DNA of 64,000 nt, taken from NCBI GenBank assembly GCA_946481335.1, contig CAMLMR010000001.1, positions 10,187 to 74,186 of the forward strand. Reading direction: 5' to 3'. The position numbers and the translations under genes are program-made. Positions 60,701 through 64,000 of this stretch are shown here, piece by piece (positions within the stretch are counted from its first letter, which is position 1; each line of letters begins with the position of its first letter). This stretch comes from an uncultured Lactobacillus sp. (GTDB taxonomy: Bacteria; Bacillota; Bacilli; Lactobacillales; Lactobacillaceae). The notes under the pieces are model-generated. The model was not told where the DNA came from and did not search any database. It worked only from the letters and a program-made list of their open reading frames with translations.

Positions 60701-62731
60701 TGAAGAGTATGGTCCGTAAATAAATGCGTTGTACAAACCGGCATTGGCAGTATCAGCAGTCTTAGCGTCGACGTTAAATGCACCACCACTTAGGATTTGC
60801 ATTCCATGACCTAACCAAACAACTGCTTCTGTTTTCTTGAAACTCCATTCACCACTTATTCTACCGGTATTACCCTGGCCTCTTGCCAAATTATTTGATA
60901 GTGAAGTTGGTGTAACACCATTTGGTACGACTAGGTTAATAGTACCTTTAATAACAACGTTACCACTGTCACCTGAACCGGTATCTGTTGGATCGTTTAA
61001 GTTACCAACACGAATACCATTGGTATTGTTGCTTAGTGTGATATTAACGGTGGCACCTTTGTGCACGTTAATGTTGTTGTTAGCCATAATTCCATAACTA
61101 GGTCTAACTGTTGAATCGATGTAGTCGGTTTTAACTAGTTTTCCCCAACTTTTTTGGTAGACGTAATTATCAAGTTCAACTGGGTTCAAACTAACGTTGG
61201 CGTTTTCTTGGAACACGATGTAGTTTACAACCAATGAATTAAATTTGTAATTAGCTTTGTCACCTATAACAAACTTACCACCTAATTTATTCAAGTCGTT
61301 GTAAGTTTCTGCATAGGTAATTGATCCATCAGCATTGGTGTTTGCATCTGAAGTTACCACATTTCTGCCTAAGACGAAGTTACCATTACCATTGTTGGCG
61401 TTGAATAAACTGTCAAAGGTGCCTGTGTAGTTAACATTATCATATTCAACAAATCCATTTCCGTTTACAACGTATGGAGATGACAAACTAGTCATGTTTT
61501 GAATCTTAACAATTGAGCTATTGTCAGACTTATTGAATGTGTATGCACCACTTAGTGAGAATTGGTTTTGACCATCAATTACTAGGTTACCTAGATTAGT
61601 TACAGTTCCACTAGCATTGATGTTGTTAGTCAAAACAATCTTTTGAACGCTGTTAGTACCTGATGCAACCAATGAGTTGTTAAATTGAGCATTGTTATTA
61701 GCATAAACAATTCCGTTATTAAAATCATTTATCATTTTATTGAAGGTTGCTTTGTATTGAGCAGAACTAGTATCTGTGTTGTTTTCTGGAACGTTCTTGT
61801 CGTCTGGTTTGGCATCATATCCTGAAACATTAAAATTATTATTTGCATTGAATTGTTGATTTAATGCGTTTCTTACTCCCATGTATGCGTTGTCATACAT
61901 AGCTTGTAGTCCTGAATCTGCACTAGGACGGTTGCTTCCGCTAGTGTAGCCATCAGAACCTGAAGTTGTCGCGTCTTTGAAAGCACTGTCGGCAGTCTTC
62001 TTGAAATCAACACCATACTTATATGCAATGTATAGCATTGAAGTGTTATTTGCAGATGCCTTCTTGATGTCATCGATTGAAGAACTAGCCATGTTATCTG
62101 AAATGCTCTTTGATTGATCAGCATTTACCCCTTCATAGGCTGCGCTGTATAATTCCTTGCTATTGTTATCAGTAAAGTAATCATTATCAGCACTGCGATT
62201 ACTGTAAGCATCGTTTACCCCTTTATTGATAGCTTGCGTGTATTGCTTATATGAATCATTACTGTTCTTAGTGTTACCATTTAAGTTCTTTTGATAATTA
62301 GCAGCATCACTAGCAGATTGGTTGGAAACAATATCTGTAGATTGTTGTTGGTTAGTAGTTTGATTATCTGAACCTAAATGATTAGATAGTTGTATGTCAT
62401 TACTATCCTTTTGTTGGTAACTGTTACCAGTATTTTGATTATTGCTGCTTTGTTGATTGGTATATTGATCAGCATTTGAATTATTATGTTGGTCACTATC
62501 AGATGATTGGTTGGATGAAGATTGATTGGTAGTATTTTGTTGCACTACTTCAGTCTTTGTTCCGTTATCATCAGTATCAGCGTTAGCTATTACACCATGG
62601 GACATTAAAGCCATTGATGTAGCTCCCAAGAAAGCAAAAGATGACAATGAGACAACAACCCATTGCTTCTTTACTTTTCTTAGAATTTTTTTATCATTGG
62701 TTTTCTGAAATTCATTCTTATTGTATTGCAA
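45782..62731 (-). CDS. Giant secreted adhesin-like protein (5649 aa) with a beta-helix-like N-terminal region, multi-level repeats and DUF5776-like C-terminal modules
   Basis: Uninterrupted 16.9-kb ORF; TTG start with RBS aggggagg; RKVKKQW signal peptide; about 15 PG(F/Y)-marked modules; two GITR(L/F)Y.G C-terminal modules; no LPXTG. Confidence 0.9.
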   Translation of the reverse strand: MQYNKNEFQKTNDKKILRKVKKQWVVVSLSSFAFLGATSMALMSHGVIANADTDDNGTKTEVVQQNTTNQSSSNQSSDSDQHNNSNADQYTNQQSSNNQNTGNSYQQKDSNDIQLSNHLGSDNQTTNQQQSTDIVSNQSASDAANYQKNLNGNTKNSNDSYKQYTQAINKGVNDAYSNRSADNDYFTDNNSKELYSAAYEGVNADQSKSISDNMASSSIDDIKKASANNTSMLYIAYKYGVDFKKTADSAFKDATTSGSDGYTSGSNRPSADSGLQAMYDNAYMGVRNALNQQFNANNNFNVSGYDAKPDDKNVPENNTDTSSAQYKATFNKMINDFNNGIVYANNNAQFNNSLVASGTNSVQKIVLTNNINASGTVTNLGNLVIDGQNQFSLSGAYTFNKSDNSSIVKIQNMTSLSSPYVVNGNGFVEYDNVNYTGTFDSLFNANNGNGNFVLGRNVVTSDANTNADGSITYAETYNDLNKLGGKFVIGDKANYKFNSLVVNYIVFQENANVSLNPVELDNYVYQKSWGKLVKTDYIDSTVRPSYGIMANNNINVHKGATVNITLSNNTNGIRVGNLNDPTDTGSGDSGNVVIKGTINLVVPNGVTPTSLSNNLARGQGNTGRISGEWSFKKTEAVVWLGHGMQILSGGAFNVDAKTADTANAGLYNAFIYGPYSSMKKSGARRNQSSSMIIVQQNGSLNINMNTGDKSHPIRVAFLPIVAFNPKVFNLTLNVTPGTSPNGAAGPKLSLSSIDVFGAILDQGNIASIKTSSGYLLNPYIYHYRRNGTALDENDKNFNSSEIFQDINGTTNGYKPSGQDTKKRFSFSYPYTWKTIPSTGVTVNGVSFDTAFDYLQYFVQLYEDIIANNQDFADQSQNGNIVTSDSDRSGAYNPDKGKLGYVNPTQADIKTAIANVWKNDINKISGSTSILNDTNYANSLNQQRQYLSGSTFPELVGMSKRDFVNKLKNINDPDLPGLIINVAKALGQTVASMSDNSTVVNRFNEAFNGNNPKVISGQNARNDTSITFTGSPSIEFNHNIQTYKGADGHYHAKFEATLNNAGSDAKEHQVEVHYVTGSFDAKSNNGDVYRNMYKANSNKETLAETISLNSSNSTTLSDGSIVFDGDIDLGTNPIDTVGIRLNTFMGTGLQDWQGPAYAPIASVSSSLRPGNDSYQTNVEGFNSVRTRLDDGKELKLLNDFGPDNDMHSIAAMPTAQGFLKNISGILNHLNDRDTNEAQYYTNKTSSDPLPSPEYREYLINNQNITPFDDSSYSGVDTNNKDTKYATVRVIASNGDKTRLVAITKVPLETILAGGSLDTSNYQAKTALTKLTNDVAANNKGYTLDLSQTPMKQYDKSTYDIYVPDVQFIKDGSLLPIDTPSGTKIPFKGVAKVDSNGNVVSITPQLPGFAISANTTGLNVDSYGMYTVQPAIGTATVYIDDANGNPTGLSASVQIKGNSDGTVNAVKPVVVSSGKNDGLQYTIDNKTKIGIVTDSKGNPTYHVQLTATSDKKFVNVVTPSGSSVDQGGYRQQSADGTLHTVTYLPGFDSTSATKTTGTGANQKDVVSPSATPVSVKLPVFQPNTKTPLVSSDGKQVFVEVSAQGQSDGTSKITDIKGRGIYNTNNGRYKVSTGDNVKAYTDSNGNVVVYVEGTADKDIVDNTPAITRDGVVVDGGAVVTNSDGTLTVKPNLPGFDGSNPGQMKGNSAVVTPSASPVKVTLPVISSADGSHVGVVVVEVQGQSDGHSYIENIDSPSQFKDSKGNTYTVKKGDAIKSPAKSTTFIPSIIVDPEVPADYQVDAVTDQGNDIAAGATIKTKDGVKTSVSNMPGFDGSTPATIDANGSAVLTPSKNPVPISVNVYDADTGKKIGTVNVNVQGNSDGNSYITSTQTPSDANLVDGHNGYNITAGTAISIDPFNQGQFSINVSSKYVGTEQVNAVTDSGNQIQGGATISANVSGGKQATANLPGFAPSPNAQFDDNGNAVLQPTTAPVQTNVDIIDQDSGQKVGTATVMVQGNEDGTSRITSVVSGGFVGMQDADGKHISYTVSAGSAIGLNKDSQGNYTPIIQVAKKAFNYNTGDKVPIKREDGTILPFSGTISYDQDGHMIVTPDLPGYSPEQNDKDGTFNVATNYTQQPVNIHIYNALTGQDTNRVLSVLLTGHNDSAKLDSKPVYVEIIAVPDKQSTGVVADSSDTSKPVAKITDADGNQYTISNVLRVNKDVLVHTSANTNDSNYYYLSLLPDGTPDDQQTVKVVTANGSSVGVGTYNSNSGNGKPFVTPDNPGYTTTTAKKYNGQDAYIVTPTSSQTTISVTDGNGNVVANNVNVTVSGDANGNTTITNVANNGVVKGSDGNTYQVHTGQTIQPNVANTVGKGYNTTGQLVGMGNVAVTSNGQPTSSTISNLPVSTNIEGNLYVTQNTTSADGKYMIPAGTVVSNNSQNQPSVEGLPYNANDKTVTINDVHYEHRHKDTGLTGTVKGIVGPDGKIRVVNDTTIVGHNNDAYTAKDNTVIEKVMNNVVAEYHVQTVEHKIKKYVPAQAGANGPVINDGAIVNYDPNTGIKTVTSNVAGFGLDNGQKSEVIPLNTSISQFKLTPLKETIDGVHNDKDNQDTGSTTDKLTIQGHDDGSVTVVSNTVSNDGKYVIPAGAKVTKNSDGTFHAESLPRNADGTITINDASYDGTNGTNTVKPVVAHLNDDGSLEVNSDTAVDDGKGNVYVAKKGSKITPVVNADGTTSYHISSQVQQQDQVVPAKTGANGKTVQGGATIHTNADGTKTITSNVPGFVGSQNVPMDTDTSLPTLTPGKTTLPVAHADDINSNDTGKTITNMQVEGHDDGTVTVVNNTNTDDGSNVAMAKSPVTINTDGSYHVQTLPIDKNGNVTINDATINDDQGKKINSQLIYAKLNPDGTLTLNQPTSDNGIHTITTNGYAYQADNGTEVVKTGNGYTVNSKNDTATITNATLYDQNNDKIDGTAVINVDKSTGKVLPSSDLSSVSHLGGNKEGYHIYDPDTQVVQWDDGKGNVNPNAAVKVVENYPYDFINNVSFKNSYTGETFTDSSKKYTLKVTHSDGLPINYGTKDGYQAIDKLPDGYVYDVSKNIIVNKTAGGNTEYIIPVLPTEAELPTAIIDGRDNQEKAVTTLPVNTSEDGTITTTKDHVAKGMNDDPNYYFVPAGSNVRKEADGTYHADGYTIAANQDGTFSITTGQYDKDANTSYPGKITVNVDSDTGDITIAKASVTKAPDGTIYQVDEGETVTPKFENGDVQYHVAAHAVNEKQNIPAKTGDNGQRIDNAATVTINPDNGTKTITSNIPGFAGQTNVPVDQDTGNVVLTPTNDVINGVHFDDNGTDSGSTGSVPVKGNENGDIVVTKNTKSSDGKYMIPAGSTVTKGSDNNYHAPSFPLNADGTINIPNGSYDASDNTSQSGSLVAKVDDNGNMSVAKPTVTKDSQGNVYIAHSNSPITKVVDGNGNVSYHVNAEKVAQDQAIAAKTGKNGQSVDGAAKIHVNDDGSKSIVSNVPGFTGFNVPEGQPIPSPVVLTPAEQTLNGVHIDDINGNNTGDTADGLSVIGSDDGTIKTNKSTITPDGKIILANTQVTKDKDDNWHAQAFDYDAGNRQVTLPQLPIKDDKGNVVDHQDVIANVDLEHGTLTVANIQGIHATTSTDAYQSDVGTPVVRDNDKLYVNTYNDTAVIHNATLIDVINNNHVGTGTVRVDKSNGTVLIAQLPTKGGNQDAGFHVYDPTGQVVQWSDANGNVDDNAIVRVTDNAPYHSNTHVKFLNIYNNQVFTDDTNNPTVNINDDDLLPLFAGSTEAQRAVSGIPNGYQYASGKQIIVEQTNNDDNTDKDKRTYIVPVIPAQGEITNASVLDQKGDVKVDHSQTLPVKTNDDGSISTTKDVISKGKDNNYYVITKGSSVVPNSSDDGSYTAQGTKLPANADGTVTINQAHLDDKADPSKSVIGSVSATVDPTNGTMTVNKTTVVTDPNDPTKAYQVNPGDAITIEKDANGEPEYHIPATVIEQDKKISAQVGPKGTAQDGAASVHVNEDGSKTIISNIPGFTGETIPNGDPLPTNPVLKPTTGTMNNVHVLDNQGKDTNSTVDNLPVQGQDDGTIKVTSPATTPNGRIILPGSEVTKDSNGNWTVPSYEYDAGKREVTLPNVAVKDEQGNVIDVVDVHATIDLNTGKMTLADDNGVHVVKGNHAYQANAGTPINNDDGSYSLTAKDDTAVINNANFIDNNDGLNKGTGQVIIDKTTGHVLDAKLPDGGYEGHGYHVFQPGSQVVDWMDNNGNVDENAKVVIADNSPYSARHNVQFINIYTNKTVSVDTDKYFVYANDKDNTPIFAGTSDAYKAVSAIPDGYKFATGRQIQTVTDSTQPSKTLYQVPIYPSNGEIDNASVVDQAGHVEVNRSQKLPVDTDDQGNITTSSNVITKGDDGNYYIVPSGSNVNMNPDDGSYETVGDKLPSPSDGVVNISDAHYDDKDDKTKSVVGPITAQVNPDNGTMTVNKTSVVTDPNDPTKAYQVNEGTTVTIKSDGKGGIEYHVDATPVDQDKNIDAQLGNDGKVEKDAAKVHYNNDGTKDIISNVPGYTGKKGLANDADTSKAVLTPVTDVAHDVSFDNNKKATGSTGDVPVKGDDKGNIIVTQNTKSSDGKYMIPKGSELVKGDDGKYHGDSFPVNEDGTITINNANVNDAKGDTKAHKDIVAKVDDQGNITTAKDEIAKGDDGNDYIIPAGSKVTKNPSTGEYEVPGTALPVNNGTVTIDNAHYDDKFEPGKGTISSLVANVDENTGKLTVKNDTVVLDPTDPNKAYKVNSGDTIIIKPDGKGGVEYHVDATPIQQDAKIPAQLGENGKTQSDAATLHYNGDGTKNIISNVPGFKGQTNLPADEDTSHAILTPVQATASNVHFDNDGKDTGSSADLPVKGDSDGNIVVTKTTKSSDGKYIIPAGTIITKHDDGTYHGNSLPVNGNGEVEIANANVNDASGKPQSQTNFKAKVDDDGNITTTKTKVVKGNDGNYYIIPAGSAVTKNKATGEYEVTGNKLSMNSDGTIDIENAFFDDKDDKTKSVVGKLVAKVDPDTGDLTVDKTAVVTDPTVPNRAYQADAGEPITIGMDAHKNVSYHVSATPIEQNQKEPARPGADSQPIENAATVHVNDDGSKTIESNIPGYTGETIPNNEPEPTTPVLTPVKDEINNVHFNHDGKDTQSVGKLPVKGNDKGEIVVTKNTKSSDGKYIVPAGSKVVKDNDGDYHVESFPINADGTVNVDNVHFDASDGTSTIGNVVAHVNEDGSLTVQHKVVVNNGHGYNYTTYENTVIKTVVNSDGTTSMHVVATKSFAGQSPESAGRSRAAKLLPVENMKNKDADYVNRYMQAYKSELMRKAPSYVYSVKGLYLHSSAHFTIKNRVKGYAKKPRRLAHVFKVRGVVLDHNKYPRLKVDGGYIYFNKNIRDAYYRTNHSLFRVIRKTGVLVHTDKKFHYGNRRRVTRLRQGALIHVKKVVKFYGITRLYLGNGRYVTSNKTYVALGRKKTPLYVYWTNKRGVYVNTHFTRKNAVKYFAKRPRNKANAYKVLRIVNTKNGTKYRIKKGFINAKGTIHAYYVRPTKQVLVIRNHGILVHKAKKFTNRNAVNHIRKNTLVRVRKVMKFYGITRFYIGHGEYITANKTWVNRIK
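47000..54300. repeat. Hierarchical tandem coding repeats of the 5649-aa gene
   Basis: SSDGKY codons at 47088, 47955 and 48819 (867 and 864 nt apart); NYY motifs at 47730, 48594, 49461 and 51048; TP.G.II at 50390 and 51992 (1602 nt apart). Confidence 0.85.
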
Positions 62732-62999
62732 AAAGAAAGCCTCCCCTGTTATTTTTTGACTCTCTAAATTTTTAATTTAATTTAGTGTTTATACAAACAG
62801 AATAACTAAATTGACCAATTTGAAGATCATTGAATTAGGAACGACAAATTATCTTAATATAAAACTATCAATAATCCATTATTTTTTTAAATTAGCATCC
62901 CCAAAAAATCAACAATTTAATTCTACTACTTGCATAAGTTTTGGTTAATATTTCTTAATAATACTTAAGAAAAACTTAAAATTTATGGATAATATGTAT

Positions 63000-63035
63000 A
63001 AAAAAAGACCTAGCAAAAATTGCTAGGTCTTTTTT
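63000..63035 (-). terminator. Terminator after the third surface-protein gene
   Basis: aaaaaagacctagca-aaaat-tgctaggtctttttt. Confidence 0.88.
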
Positions 63036-63037
63036 GA

Positions 63038-64000
63038 CTATCTTATCTTCTTAACAAAAGTCTTGTTGGAAGTGAAGTATCTGTGGTGTCCTAGATATAG
63101 TCTAGTGATTCCGTAGTACTTAACAACCTTAACAACGTGAATTAGTTGGCCTCGACCAATTCTTCTAATCACATTGTGCTTGGTGTACTTCTTACCTGTA
63201 TGGATCAATGCTCCAGTAGGTTTGATTACACGGAATACCATTGGCTTGTTCTTGGTCTTCTTAGTGTTAGTGCTGTTATTAGTGGTCTTAGCAGTATTAC
63301 CACGGTAATATGCATCTTGGACCTTTTGACCAGCAGTAACAAGATGACCGCCAGCAATTACATATCTTGGTACACGGTTCTTGTAGTACTTGATACCAAC
63401 AACCTTAAACACTTGTGAATTATATCTTCTTGAGTACTTAAGTTTAACGACTCTTGAACCTTTAGAGAACTTGGTTCTTCTGTGGATGTAGATAGTCTTA
63501 ACGTTGTAGATATATCTTGGCATGTGTGCCTTGAATTGACGTTTGTATTCTGCAATATATGCTTTAGCATATGCTGCTGAATGGTTCTTAGTAATGCTCA
63601 TTGGAATTGGGCTACGCTTGATAGCACGCTTGCTTCCGTAAGTAGTACCAAGCTTAGTTTGACGGGCAGTTTCAATCTTAAATCCTTGGTTGTAAGTATA
63701 GGCGAATACTTGACCCTTAGCAGCTAATTGTTGTGCAGTTAGCTTCTTGTGAGTACGAGCACTTGCTTGAGCTGCCTTAACACCTTGACGGTACCCGTTG
63801 AAGGCGTTGGCATAAGTTTGACCACCTAGATCTAATAGTTCTTGGTTGGTCAATTGTGCCTTAGTCTTAGCCTTCTTCAGTGCGGCAATCGCAGTCTTAG
63901 CAGCTTTATAACCATTTACATAGTAACCAGAATTTGGATTTTGCATTTCGATGTTGTTAATTCCATCATTGAAACCATTACCAGTTAAATCGTAAGCCTT
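63038..64000 (-). CDS. C-terminal part of a third DUF5776-like surface protein (5' end beyond window)
   Basis: Frame is open from 64000 (KAYDLTGNGFNDG...), so the ATG at 63946 is probably internal. Contains Y..GY..G helical repeats and the same C-terminal module (YGITRLYLGHHRYFTSNK). Confidence 0.85.
   Translation of the reverse strand, partial: KAYDLTGNGFNDGINNIEMQNPNSGYYVNGYKAAKTAIAALKKAKTKAQLTNQELLDLGGQTYANAFNGYRQGVKAAQASARTHKKLTAQQLAAKGQVFAYTYNQGFKIETARQTKLGTTYGSKRAIKRSPIPMSITKNHSAAYAKAYIAEYKRQFKAHMPRYIYNVKTIYIHRRTKFSKGSRVVKLKYSRRYNSQVFKVVGIKYYKNRVPRYVIAGGHLVTAGQKVQDAYYRGNTAKTTNNSTNTKKTKNKPMVFRVIKPTGALIHTGKKYTKHNVIRRIGRGQLIHVVKVVKYYGITRLYLGHHRYFTSNKTFVKKIR

Noticed and set aside
36530-62731. 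Possible CRISPR array or non-coding tandem repeats
   Set aside because: All repeats are in-frame and degenerate at synonymous positions inside long ORFs. There are no identical 23-47-nt repeats with unique spacers and no cas genes.
63038-63946. Treating 63038..63946 as a complete 302-aa gene
   Set aside because: The frame stays open to the window edge and the ATG lacks an RBS and signal peptide, so it is the tail of a longer gene.

Overview
AT-rich Lactobacillaceae chromosomal DNA, probably Apilactobacillus or a close relative (inferred from the gene order, an L. brevis-type S-layer homolog and a cluster of giant genes). 1-17.2 kb is a housekeeping block: cfa (partial), two tandem PfoR-like EIIC membrane proteins, azlCD, dacA, a CroRS-like two-component system, CBS-less guaB, DUF1129, ychF, DUF951, parB, parA, rsmG, an NCS2 permease, nupC and a degenerate phosphopentomutase-like gene. 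No noc gene is present at its usual position. 17.3-36.5 kb is an accessory cell-surface/regulatory region: SGNH esterase, ComK-like protein, two GT-C-like membrane proteins, a secreted nuclease, an S-layer-like protein, two small unknown paralogs, LysR, a sigma-70/DUF1659/DUF2922 module, GNAT, a secreted propeller-like protein, rlmD and two GT4 glycosyltransferases. 36.5-64 kb holds three tandem secreted-protein genes (3004 aa, 5649 aa and a third cut by the window edge). They lack LPXTG and share a basic C-terminal module; the two complete ones share a divergent KxYKxGKxW-like signal peptide. The best candidate for a little-described system is this sortase-independent giant surface-protein locus: a ~2100-residue 11-residue-periodic (hendecad) helical stalk protein, a hierarchically repeated 5.6k-aa adhesin and an adjacent pair of GT4 enzymes. 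Other candidates are a pseudo-phosphopentomutase/nucleoside-uptake operon, a ComK-like gene with a sequestered RBS, a sigma/DUF module with an ECF-type promoter, and a small two-member protein family. No rRNA, tRNA, CRISPR or IS element was seen. Family assignments come from motif recognition by eye; no database search was run.
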